A DNA stretch of 64,000 nucleotides from Antedon mediterranea. Its lineage: Eukaryota; Animalia; Echinodermata. The stretch covers positions 1,240,001 to 1,304,000 of the forward strand of contig NC_092671.1 of the NCBI RefSeq assembly GCF_964355755.1, in the 5' to 3' direction. Of this stretch, positions 49,316-63,101 are shown piece after piece. Numbering within the stretch: position 1 is the first letter of the stretch; every line of letters begins with the position of its first letter. The position numbers and the translations under genes are program-made. The notes below the pieces were generated by a model. It saw only the letters and a list, made by a program, of their open reading frames with translations. It made no database searches and had not been told where the DNA came from.

Positions 49316-49360
49316 AGTACAGCATGGAGAAATCAGTTATTGATTTCTCCATGAGTACAG
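49316..49360. mobile_element. 31-bp palindrome with 7-bp target duplication (P-element-like footprint or ultrashort MITE)
   Basis: AGTACAG-CATGGAGAAATCA-GTTAT-TGATTTCTCCATG-AGTACAG. Confidence 0.75.
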
Positions 49361-50981
49361 TAAGGGAAAATAATGGTAAAATATTGTGGAACATTTCAAA
49401 CTGTAATTAGACACTACTGTACATTTTAATGATATATATTTAACATTATTATTTCAACTGAGTTTGTTGTTGTGTCATTATGCATTCTAAATCTTATTTT
49501 AATATAAATCATAAACTCTCAAACTTTTTCCATTGAGACACAAAACAAAAGGTCGCCTCATAACCATATTTCACTGCTCAGTGTCTATACCAGTGAGGTG
49601 TGAAAGTTGTATATTAGTATTATATATAAAATTACTAAATAACATGTTGATGTATGAATTGCCTGTCACATTGGAATGTTTGAATTATGAGTGGTGTTTG
49701 TTTTCTTCAAGTCAAAGTATGAGTCTAGCAAAGTTTATTGTCTACCTGCCGTTGTTATGGTTACTAAATGAGTCACCAATCATTGCAATGTTGTATTGTT
49801 TTAAATGTCTCCCATGTTCTGTATTTAAATTTACTCATTCCCCATAGGTGTGAATAAATCTTTCTAAGTATATTGTCAAAACTTTTTTTAAAGCAGCAAA
49901 CAACAATAATAGATCTTCCCTTCCATACAATTCTGTATGATGATATTTTTCTTTGTCCATTTCCATTATGATTTATTAATATTGGTGTAGAGTAATTGCC
50001 TGAAAATTCATCACGTTGCCACCAATTTAACAACATGTTGCATTCATTAAGAATGTTATTAAATCTGGCAACACCCTATCTTCTTATTATGTGTTTTGAT
50101 TGATGGAATCGTCCTTTGTCATTTTTCCATCATTAATATATTTCTTTTGTTAACCACACACTTTATTAAACTATATTATCAGATAAGTAAGTCACTCTAA
50201 GGTTTAGTTTCCAACCAGCTGGAATATAAGGAGAACATTTCCCTTGGTGTCATAAAGCAGATATACAACAAAAATGATTTATTGGTTTGAACAATAAAAA
50301 AAAATCTACTAGTACTACAAAAGCATAAAGTCATGATATTGTGGTTATGAAAGTGGGGAAAACATAATTACATTGGCTAGACTTGGTTCACATAAACGAG
50401 TTCTATTGTAACATTAATAAAAACATAATGTATCATTTTGAAATGTAATAACTAGAGCTACTTTATATTGTTTTAACACAAACTGAATATTTGAAGAATA
50501 ATAGTTCATTCTTAAATAGGTCATGTAAGCAGGCAAATGTGCTGTATATACATTGAAGTAAAATAGGAAATATTTAAACTAAGTATTGCAATTTCTTTAT
50601 GAACCCAAATACGTAAAACTGAAGATATAATTTATAAGTCCTGATATTAGTATGGTCAGACTCATTTATCAGTAACCTGAGGAGATTAAATTGACTAATT
50701 TCATTAGCCTGAGGGGCTCTAAATGAAGTCAGACTAATAATTAACAGTAGAATGATCGTCACCAGTACATAAGTAACTGATACATCATTAGTGATAAAAA
50801 CGTAAGAGAAGATTCAATTTATTAACCAGGTAAACAAGAAGCACTTAATGTTTCGAACATAAACAACATTCAAGTTTTTTTTATATCGAATCTAGTTGAA
50901 AAATGCATTTGAAAGAAATAGCATTTGAATTGTTATTTATCTTTTTGTTTTTTTCACCGTATTCTTGTACTGCACCTGATA

Positions 50982-52342
50982 TCTATATATAAATTTACGT
51001 AAGGGCAAAATTCGGTAAATCGCGCCTTACTTCTAGAATTTTTACTCGATGGTATATAAAGTTGGTTCGTACTTTCGGTACTGATTTTAACCACCTGATG
51101 TAACCCTGTTTACTAATTAAATTAAGTTAAATAATTAGTTATTGACGGTTAAAACGAATTTAGGTTCAACGATTTGCCCCAAATAGGGGTGTTTTCCGAT
51201 CGTGGTATACACTGTCTAATGGATGTCCGTCTTGAAAAATACCCGCCACAAAAATGCGAGGAGGCTTCGCATTTTCCTATCTCCTCCTACGATAATTGTT
51301 TTTAATAGCTGAAAACCGGTTGAACAGTTCGAGTACAGCATCATAATGTTGAAGACAGGCCGATTTTCTTTAAAAAATACTATTTTGATACATTTAATAT
51401 ACGTTTTTACAAATGTATTGATTTGTGATGAATGGAACATTCCAAATTATTTGGTTTAACCATACAGGTATAGATTTAGATTTATGGGCCCCCTTGGAGA
51501 ATAAACATAAATAGTATTGCAATGCTGTACCAGGGAGTTCCCTGGCTGTACAATACTGTTAAGGTATTTTAATGGTTAAAACCACTTTTGATCGCAATTT
51601 GAATCGCAAATTTCTTACTGTGAGTGTTGGTACTGTTAGATGTAATATAAAAATATATACAAATAAACTTTATTACTGTGAGTGTGGGTAGGCCCTACTG
51701 TTAGATTATAAACATATAATATACAAATAAACATTCCAAATTATTTGGTTTAACCATAGAGGTATAGATTTAGATTTATGGGCCCCCTTGGAGAATAAAC
51801 ATAAATAGTATTATTATTAAATATATAAACGTCGTAGTGGTGTATCGTTACATGTACTTTACTATTTCAATCGACTATGACAGTGAGAGTTTTAACAAAG
51901 TACCGTATTAAATCGTAAATGTTTTACTGTATTTAGTGGTATATTATTTATAGGCCTATAAAACATTAAAAACAATATTTCGTTACTGAGTGGATAAGAA
52001 TATATTTTAAAATGTTTCCTCTTTGTACCTATCTTCTTCCCCCATCCCTCAACCCTTAATGTTACATACAAAACACAAATTGGGTTTGTTTAAATGAGTC
52101 CAAATAAAAAAATTTGACTCATTTTGTTTCTCTCTCGGAAGTAATTCCCAGGGTGCTAATTTTGGTTGACTACATAAATCATTGTGTATATTTATTCGTT
52201 TCTGTAAACGACAATGTATTATAGTCCTGCGGTACGTACATTTGAAATCTCCATTTTTTTCTCGCTGGAAATACTGTGTATTCGAGAACCATCTGTGGGC
52301 ACGACCTAGATGGTACGCGAGCGAAGCGAGCGTGCCATCTAG
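50982..52342 (+). mobile_element. Non-autonomous Helitron, ~1.36 kb
   Basis: A|TCTATATATAAA 5' end; 3' GC-rich hairpin containing GCGAAGC and ending CTAG|T; no TSD; CpG-richer than the flanks. Confidence 0.85.
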
Positions 52343-52439
52343 TTTATGTGATTAAGGCTACAACAATAACTAGGATACGATTCTTATCTTATATTGTCAT
52401 TTAGTTTATACAATTAAAATGAATTAAAGTGTTCTTCCA

Positions 52440-52910
52440 TTTGCACTATTGCACTACTAATGGACTATCTTAAACTACCAATAGTAGTACTATTGCACTA
52501 CTAATGGACTATCTTGAACTACAAATAGTACTACTACTATTGCACTATCTTGAACTACCAATAGTACTACTATTACACTACTAATGGACTATCTTAAACT
52601 ACCAATAGTACTACTACTATTGCACTATCTTGAACTACCTATAGTACTACTATTACACTACTAATGGACTATCTTAAACTACCAATAGTAGTACTATTGT
52701 ACTACTAATGGACTATCTTGAACTACCAATAGTACTACTATTACACTACTAATGGACTATCTTAAACTACCAATAGTACTACTACTATTGCACTATCTTG
52801 AACTACCAATAGTACTACTATTACACTACTAATGGACTATCTTAAACTACCAATAGTAGTACTATTGTACTACTAATGGACTATCTTGAACTACCAATAG
52901 TACTACTATA
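52440..52910. repeat. Minisatellite with ~35- and ~44-bp unit variants x ~11
   Basis: ACTACTATT(G/A)CACT[ACTAATGGACT]ATCTT(G/A)AACTACCAATAGT. Confidence 0.93.
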
Positions 52911-54850
52911 GTGCTTTGTGTGATGAGACAATACATTATTCATATCATTAGACTACATCACTACATTAAATAAATTAAAACTTATTGACAAATTATGAGT
53001 CATGATATTAATGATTTCTTACTCTTTTATGAATGATTGTAAAATTAATTACTATCTATACAAAAATAACCATGTACAACACCGACTAACACTAATTGTT
53101 GTCTATAACACACAGTGAGTAATTTGTAACCAGAGGGAAAGAGTATTAAAATATGCATTAGACCAGATACCAATTGTATACACTACAATGACTTAGCAGA
53201 AGCCAATCAATCAGAAAGATACATCAATTAAATACTTCTATCTGATTACAACAACCTCACTATCATTCACAATTAAGTATGTCTCCTTTCCAATTATGGA
53301 CCACTTGCTTTGTCATCTTGTGGGGACATTTGACTCTCTGAGACTCCCCAAGCACTAGGGTTTAAACCTGTTAATGATCTCTATGGTTAGTAGTAAACAG
53401 GAGACATACTGTACCGCCTACAATTTATTGGATCGACGAGAATAGACATTTTTAACACACAAAAAAAATCAAAATGGTCTGGTGAAAGTTTGTTCATCAC
53501 AATGTACTTTTTAGAACAATCAACCCTCAGCTTTCAAAGCACTCAAATTAAAACTACAAATAACCTATTTTATTATTTAACATAACACATGAAAGGATGT
53601 AGAATTCTAGTTTCTATGGCAATGCAGTTATATATAAAATTCATCTGCACTTTTGCGGTATTATATTTGTAAGAACAGTGCCAAATAAAATAAATTTTAC
53701 ATGTGTTGGCAATAGATTTATTGGTATTCACCAATCAAAATGTCTGTTAGGAAACAGTGATGGATAATGAACATAAATTGACCAATAAACATAGCAGTTA
53801 TACAGCTGTTACAACCACATTAGAAGACATAAATATTTGAAACAACAACATAACTCAGACAGAATAATCACTTGTCACAAGAAATAAACCTGTAGTAAAT
53901 ATTTTCCATTTATTTTAAATTTAAACTAAATGATCGTTGTCAACATGGCAACCAACTGCAGCCAACGTTGACCTCTTTTAACTGGATTGCACTGGTCAGT
54001 CTCTAATTAACCTTTTCCATCTAATTATCATTCACTGGACAATGTATATTATAACGACAACCAATGTGAAAGTTAATAACAGAAAACCTACAAATTACAA
54101 CTACCGTAGTGAGCAAAAAAGAGGTTTAGGTTGTTGCAGGGAGAAAAGGAAATGGTATAAATTGCATTTTTATTACTTTCTAGGATATTCACAATTAATA
54201 ATAAATAAATAATAATAATGCTAATAAATTGCAACACTAATAATAATGTAATACTAACCTTCAGTATTTTGGCAAGGCAAGAAATAATTCAAAATGCATA
54301 CAAAGATATTAAAGACACATTGAAAATACATTGTTACCTTAAACTGAATGCAAATTTTGTATACAAATTTCTTAAATATCTTCTCAGCCAATCAACAGAT
54401 TTCTTTTCGTGTGAATGAAAGGAAAACAATCAAAAATTATATATGAACTATCGAAAAAGATCTTTGTAAGTTCGTGAAAATGAAACTAGATAAAGATGCC
54501 TGTAATTGGTGTTTTTTGCCACAGGCCCAGAGAAACCAATTCATACAACTTTTGGAAACTTTAGAACAAGGCAGGTAATTAGCCTCTGGCAGGCTGAAAA
54601 AAGTACAAACAACGAAGAAAAGGCAAAGCTCCTGGCCTAACAGTTTATCCATTTAAAAATAAGGTTTTACAAGTCTCAATAGAGAGAATTAAGCTTAGTA
54701 GGTTACTCGTTGAAGAAATAAAAAAACGGTTTTGGGCTGTTGACATTTCAATGAATGGGAGAAAGTGTAAGTTTATTTGTTTCATATAAACGTATGTGGT
54801 ATAAAACAGGTACAACAAAGATAGAAGCAATAAGGTTGTTAAGGTACTTA

Positions 54851-54975
54851 TTCTATGTAATTCTGTTTTGCATGGTGTTTCTCTATGTAATTCTGTTTTG
54901 CATGGTGTTTCTCTATGTAATTCTGTTTTGCATGGTGTTTCTCTATGTAATTCTGTTTTGCATGGTGTGTTTCTA
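54851..54975. repeat. 30-bp tandem repeat x 4
   Basis: TCTATGTAATTCTGTTTTGCATGGTGTTTC. Confidence 0.95.
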
Positions 54976-57900
54976 TTCTACTTTTGTTATGTACATCAAC
55001 AAACCATCATGATTTACACTTCATAATTGGGTTTACAATGAAAACAATATTAGATCGAAGTATTTTTTTATAAAGAAAATAATATTATCATACAAATCCT
55101 CAGTGTTTACTTGCTTGCAATTTCTGAGATAAATTGAGAAGTAGTATGCTTATGACTATAGCCCATTTTTAACTGTTTTTTGTGACATAGTTATATAGTA
55201 TGAATTCAGTCAACAATACATAATTATAAATATACGAGAGTTAAAGGTAAAAATGACTCTTTTTCCGGATTATTATTATTATTGACCTTCTTGTTACTAT
55301 CTAACGAGCAAGAACACTTAAGATATTGATTTTGTAGAATTTTTAATATAAAAGAATATCATATTGAAACTGGTATCACACTGTGGTATGAACTTGATAG
55401 TTACCACTAATAAACTCCATATGATTTCTTGGTGGAGCCTTTCCATCTACCATCACACTTTCAAAGGTAATGAAAGGAGTTCATTCACCCCAAATATAGG
55501 ACATTTGTTTTTGGGGTAAAATGTAATAGAACAATTTAAAAGGAAAATAAATACATATATACCTCCAATTGTGGGTGTGGTGGGATAGCTGGGGTTGGTT
55601 AGAGGAGGAATATATATATATATACAGAAAATATACAAGGTGCTTTAAAAACTGTGATATTTATATGTTCTCACTGACATATAAATTGTGGATACTTACT
55701 ATAAGCAGCAGTCCATAATTGGGAGTGATTTTTAATTGGAATATTACCTACATTCATCTATCTATACTCATTTCATGCGTTATCAGCCCACGTTGCTAAT
55801 GAAAAGCCAATAATGCCCAAATTTGGATATTTGTTAATAGAGTTGGCAACATAAAGTCTATATACAACATAATAGACCACTCATGAAGAAGAGCTCTCTG
55901 ATTGATGTCTGACGACAAAATACTACGAGATACGATGAATTAATATGTTGATAGTTTATTGAATCTGAAAGAGCTGGAAATGCAATAACTACAGATTTAC
56001 ATCTACAACAACAAATGTAATCTGATGATGATGATGATGATCCAATAAAGAACAAAATATCAAATCATGATTTCCTTATTTGATTTGGAGTAAGTTTTAT
56101 CCTACAAAATTGAAATCTTCTACTTTTGACTTTAAACTATTTTATAATACATTCCCAACACATAATTATACATTATCAAGAAATGTTTAAACAATATAGA
56201 ATATACCAGATTGTTTCTCTTTGAATAAACTAATAAATTTAAGAAAATTATATTTATTTATTTGTTAACCAATTCACTTTTGAATTGGTGGCACTCACAA
56301 AATGTGATCCGATTAATAATAAATATTACTAAAAGTTGACACAGTCTGTGTTTTATCTTTTAATATCTGTGCTCGGGAAAAAACAGGACATTTTTCTTGT
56401 TATCTCAATTTTAATCTCAATTTTATTATTTTACATCATCATCTATATCATCCATTTAATCTATAATTGTTCAATACTTTTAAAATTGTATTCACGTTCC
56501 AATTTCAGAATAACGTGCCATTATCTCAAACTCTTTGTTGTAAATATCACCTGTCATTTTGGAGTAATTTATTTCGAAGCACAGTTGCAAGATTAAAAAT
56601 AAAATGAAAATATACTCAGTTTGACATCATTTCCTACGATGTTTCTAAAAAGCATTCATAATTTAAATGATGTATTATCAGAACAGTTGTTATCTAAACG
56701 ATAAATCGACTGAAATCTACTTTTATAAAAAGCGATAGTGAATTAAATGAATGGAGGAGTTATTCACATGGACTCTCTATAGGATATCTAATTATGACAT
56801 CATAGCTCAGCATGCAAAACCTTTTGTAAAAACAATACTCGACCTCTTTTGTTTTGTTCTCTTTTCGCTTTATGAAAAACGGACTAAATTGTTGAACTAC
56901 TTGCAACCTTAGTTAATGTTTACGTTCATTACACCTTTCTTAAAAATGGTGTTTAATTCTTTTATTTTAGTTACACGTGCGTGTATCAAATTAAAAAGAA
57001 TAATAATTCCGATTAAGAGTACAAGGCCAATTTTCGTAGGTAAAATTTCAATTCTTTTATTCATTATTCATTTTGGTTCAATAGTTGCTAATTAAATGAC
57101 CACAAATTAGCCCAATCAGGTCAGTACGGGTAGTACGACGACAAAATTGAACAAAAAGAACTTAATCTTAGGACCTCCCTAATTGTCCATAATCTTATTA
57201 ATTAGTTTTAGATTACTTTTACTAGAGAATATCAGATTTCACAACCAAGTATATATTTCATATTTGACATTCAATATACAATAAATCAACTTGAATTGAA
57301 TAATTTGTTTAATTTTCATTTTATTTAAATATTGCAATAAATAATAACCTGATTAGTAATTCTTAATTAATCTAATTTATTTCAATTAAACTTTTAAAGT
57401 ATTTATTAAAGATTCCAAAAAAAAATTAATATTGTATTTAAAAGTCTCTACATAAAGCCAACAATTAAGGCTACAGGACAGGTTAATGCAACACGTGCAC
57501 GGACGTACCTTAGGCAGAAAGAAAGTAAATAATGTTTAACAACTTCAATATAAAGAGACAAATAATGCATTGTCAGATTATTTAAATGCTCTCACAATTC
57601 TTCGTTCTTTATTTAAACTTTTCTAAATAAAATTCAACAATAAGCAACCCCCAAGTGAAAATCACAAGGGATAAAACAAATAGAATTTAAATAACTTGTA
57701 CTCAGATATTTTATTTACACATTCTGGGGTGCTCTGATGTCAAACTGAATCAATTACTATCTAAATCAAATCTATATTTGTGATATTTGCATTTGCGATA
57801 TTTAAAGAATTTGTCCAAATAAAAACAAGGAGAGAATATTTTTCAGGTGTAGTAGTAAACATAGTTGATTTATGTAATGTTTTGTGTCCTCTTTTAACCT

Positions 57901-60900
57901 CAATCAAACCTGTTTGAATAATTATGTTGTAAATACATAGTTGCCACAAACCCCCCCTAAATAATGTGATTTATTACCTCTCTACAACATCAATTCTCAA
58001 AATAGTTAATCATTTGACATGTCATAGAACTTTAAGGAGCCAAAAGTATTTTAAGTTTTCCTGGAATGTTAATTTCTCAAAACAAAATATGAAATTGCAA
58101 AAAAAGTACACAAAAGAGAACATGGGAGAAATAGTGAAATATACTGCATTATGGAAGGAAAAACCCCCAAAAATTCATAAAATATACAAAGAAAAAAAAT
58201 GAGTATAAAGAGAAAATACATAAATAAAATTATTCAAGAATTTATTGCTTCTTGATTAACATAATAATGATGATCTGCAAAGAAAACTAGAATTTAGAAT
58301 TTAATTGAAAATACTCGTCGCCAAGCAGTAAAGACGACGAACAGATCCTTAATAACGCTTCCTTCAGTTTCATACTCTATATCATTACATCTCTCTTTGC
58401 CGCACAATAAACACAATATAAGCTCTTTTATTATCAAAAGAAGTCGATAGAACCAGCACAACTCATGAATAAATTTTGTAATATAATTTATGATGACACA
58501 CACACATTTTGTCATCTTTATTTGATTACATTTTTTAGGTGTACAATTAATATAATATTTACAAACATCGGTGTTATTATTGTAATAATTTTATAAAATA
58601 CCAAATATTTATTTAACTATCATTTACCATAGTTTAGTATATGTACCAGATACATGCCACCGATAAAATGGTTAATTTTAAGTGTAGTGATAGGTGTGAT
58701 ATACAGAAATTACATTAACTTAAACCATTACTTATAAGCCTAAGAATATACTTAAATACCAGTATGAATTTACTAAATCAAAAATACTTAAATGTAAACA
58801 ATCAAATACGCACCATGGTACCATCGTCCAACACAAGATTACTAAAGTCGATATCCTTAGAATCCATTTTAGATCCTCCATGCCAACTGCCCATAACAAA
58901 TCAACGGACAGAAAAAAAAGAAGCAAGACGACGGCTTGAAGCAGTGAATAATTAGTTCCAAGATAAGTTAATAATAATGATCACCACAGTGGACATAAGC
59001 TATGTAGTGTGTGTATGTGTGTACAATGCTTAAGCATTCATTAGTGATTATTGGTTCACAGAGAACACACGCTGTCGCTCCATAGCAAAGCAAACAAAAC
59101 CACTTAACTCACTGAAAATTACCCAACTGGGAGCACATCAAAACCAATTACAATACAGATCTTATAGAGAATGTACTATAGAACACCCCTATAATAAAAT
59201 GGATCAATCCAATGATAAGTTTTATTGTTCATTCTATCTCATCCTTAGAGTTAGCCTTCCAAATTGTCTAATTCTGGTGACTGGCGAAAAGCTTTTGAAA
59301 TTAAAACGTCACAAGCTCCTTTAACAATTAATCCTACTCAAAAGGTATGAAAACAATAGCTTTGTGATTAATTTAAAGTTTTAAGCGACCTGAATTGACA
59401 ATGCAACAACACACTGCTTTACCATCACACGCAATGGCTCCACGGCTAAATCAAATTAATGAAATAAAACAGGCTTACTAAATAAATTATGCTAGTAAAT
59501 CTTATAACATTAAGCCAATTAACATTGAAGACAAATATATTATTTTTATTTCTAAAATAAAACAAAGAATTAACAAATAATAAACATGATTGGGAATCCT
59601 ATTATTTAGCCAATCATATCAGGATATTTGTATCTCTAACACTAACAGAAAGAACAAATTATGAATAAGTAACTGATTATCTGAATGAGAAATGTGGAAT
59701 AATTTGTACTACTCATATTGGTATCTGTTAAAAAAAATATTTAAAAAATCATAATACTGTATTATTTAAGTCCTTTTAACACTTTGAGAAAAATGTTTTG
59801 TTTAGTTTATGTAGAGGGCGATATTTATGTGAAGGCAATGGATAAATCAGAAGTTAAAGAATCTTAATTTCTATTAAAATATAAATTTTATATATTGATG
59901 AATTAAAATCAGGCGTTATATAGTAGCTGCGTCATAGGTCACAATAATTTGAGTATTTTGTTATTTATAGATTTAAGTAGGAAATTATATGAAAAAAAAA
60001 AGAATATACAAACATAGGTGCGTGACAAACGGCACATGAGTCAGTTATAGATCAAATAAAATGAACCCTATTTATTGTGTCATAATTCAAGGGGTATCAT
60101 GGGTTATGTCTGTGTTTATATAATAATTGAAGTGGTTGCTATGTATTTTTTTAACCAATCCAAAATCATTGTTCAGAAATAATCAGTTGATAAGACCTGG
60201 TGCCTATTATCAATTTGTCTATTAGATCAAATCCAGGGGCATATCTATATAGTATAGTATATATAATGTTACCCCAAAAATAATATCACTATAATTTAGA
60301 GATTATTCTAGCCACAAACTGTTTGTTGTGTTTTATTGTGAGATTTTGTTCTTTTTAGGCCTACTAAGAAGAGAAATAAAGAACAAAACAATGCTCAGTT
60401 TTGAGACTTGAACCAATAATATGCAGCAAGAAACAAACATGCTTCAACCACAATACAATACCTTCAAATCCACTACTATGCATGCACTAAGCATGGAATA
60501 AGTAAATAAGCATGCACTAAGTCTAAAACTGTCTGCTACAAATTTCTGGATTTTACATTCACCAATAGAGGGAGCTATTGCAATTTTAGTGTTCATAACA
60601 TTTGATATCCACTACAACAGCACAGGTACAAAGGTGCTTACCACAACACCTACAGTATATTAAATTAAAGCCTCCTTTACTAAAAAAAATCCTATTAGCT
60701 TTTCTCAAATTCTAATTAACAATTGGGTCAGATCACACAAACAATTAAACATATTTCTTAAGGGTTTTTAAGTACCTGTTTCAAAGTGTCCATTTTCTAT
60801 TGAAACAAAATTACTCTGTTTGTTGACTTTAAATTGAACAATTACCAGCTAATTCAAACAAATATTTTACTAATTTCAATAGTTTCACACTTGAATGATT

Positions 60901-62904
60901 CTCGTCATTATTTAAATCTTCTTTAAATGGATTAAAAAAGGGATTTTGGAAACAATTGGGACGCACCTTTGAGTAGAAGCCTGTAGGCTGCTAAGAACCT
61001 GATGTACTCGTAAAGTTCAAGCTAACATCAATCCTGTATGCTCACCTTCAACTGGGTTAATCAGGCTGTTTATTGTGTACACCCATACTATATTTATATT
61101 GAGTCATAAACACTTTACATGATTTGATATCAATGTTTAATATTAAAACATTTTTATTACACATTTTCATATGTAAATAGAAACCTTATTAAGATTGTAT
61201 AAATGAATAATATTAATAATAAACACAATTTATTATTTATTTATTGATTTCCATAGCAACATGATGCGCTAATTATTGTATATCCGGGAGCCATGTATAA
61301 TAAAATTAAAGTGTGGGAGGTGGACTTTATTTTGTGAGGTAATTTTATCTGTAGAACTACAAGATTGGTTTTATCTGTTTGACCAGCTTGTAGAAAATAT
61401 GTAACTGTCATGTCAGTAACTTTAAAAGTAAATTATACAATCAATCAATCACAAAAAAGATATCAAACAATCATATATTAATCTATCATACAAATCAATT
61501 GGTCATAATCAAGAAATTTAAATAAATCAAATCCATCTAATAAACAAAATATTTTAAAATGAAAGAAAGAAACCTATCAATCAATTTTAAACATTAATAT
61601 ATTAAAAATTGTAAACTGATGTTTTTCACTTAAGTTGATGCTTAACTGGTATACAGTACTACCATTTCTGACAATGAGATATCAGAATGAGCCCTCTATG
61701 TGAAGACACACAATTCAGTTTTCTTGACATTTTGTACATGAGCTGCTAAAGACCAGATGACAAATGACAAAACTTATCAACATCTTATCTATCGCTATTG
61801 TTCAAATTTAATTAGCAAAAATACTATCAAATCTCCATCAAACGTCAATTCCGGTGTTTTTAACTAGCAGGCCGGCTCAAAAGCGTGGGTGAAAGGAGAA
61901 AATTATTTCGTACCATGAACAATATTCCATTTCCAGCTGTGTTTTATCAGTTTATTTCCTTTCAATATTCAACCAAATTAATAAATCAAATGAAGCTTTA
62001 ATTAAAATAATATTGATGAGACTGTGCGATGTAAAAACAAAATAATCCTTGTTGCTTCTACGGTATAATTAGTATTCTTTAAAGTGATATTTTTAAATGA
62101 AGTATGACAGTTTAAAATGACAAAAATAGTTGATATTGTAGACAGAGCAGATATCATATGAATATATATATACACATTTTCATTAGCAATGTATTTGTAT
62201 GATTAAGATTTGTTTACAGTCTGAATTAGCATAATACTCATTTATTTAAAAAAAAATCAAATATTATTTCACCAAGAATTCACCAAGAATTAAATATATT
62301 TTAAGATTAAATTCTAAATCAATGTTTTACGTAAGTTATGTTATTTCCACAATAATATAATAATAACATGAAATCTATGCTGTATAAAAACACATTTTCA
62401 TTAAAAAAATATTCAATTCATCTTGGTTTGTTGTACAAATGTTGTTACTCATGAATTACCAGGTAAGCAATGTTTACTTTAGCATCATAAATAATCAACG
62501 AAATTACAATTCTATTTTAACTGCTGTAATACTGCAAAGTTCACTTAAAGTTCATCCCAGCATGCTACGAACGAAGAAACGCAAGCATTGACAACATACA
62601 TCAGTTCTATGTCAGGATACTACATACAGATGGTCATACGCCACATGATGTATAAAAGGTTGGGTGCATAATAAAAATGCAAATGTACAATTATTAACCT
62701 TTATTTTCAGCTTGCTTCAGGATATATGCATATGTTAGTGTCTGCTGTAAGAAAACTAATTAAATGTTGGGTTTTGGATATTTTTAAAGCATTAAAAAGG
62801 AAGTAAATTTTACTTTTTTATGATTAAATTAAAGACTTAAGTACGCTTACTATCAGCAAATAAACATAGAACTATAACATTATCAACTTTTTGATTATTT
62901 TATT

Positions 62905-63101
62905 GTGAGGTAATTTCCCGATTGATCGTAACCAAAACGGTACTGGGTTACCGACGTTATCTCGGGACCGTTCTATGGTTACCACCAGGTAGGCTTACTT
63001 CATTAAGGCTTCTATGAATGGATGTACTTGCTGGGAGCAGGAACGCTAGTAGACTATACCCAGTACCGTTTTGATTACTATCAATCAGGAAATTACCTCA
63101 C
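62905..63101. mobile_element. ~197-bp MITE-like inverted-repeat element
   Basis: ~43-bp imperfect TIR: GTGAGGTAATTTCCCGATTGATCGTAACCAAAACGGTACTGGGT / ACCCAGTACCGTTTTGATTACTATCAATCAGGAAATTACCTCAC. Confidence 0.82.

Noticed and set aside
49773-50036. ORF containing FKKSFDNI, resembling the RT motif DFKKAFD
   Set aside because: One partial motif only; may be an ancient LINE remnant but cannot be supported.
61035-61090. Donor AAG|GTGAGC as a possible upstream NAV coding exon
   Set aside because: In-frame stops in the required phase; the expected preceding coiled-coil exon was not found in the window.
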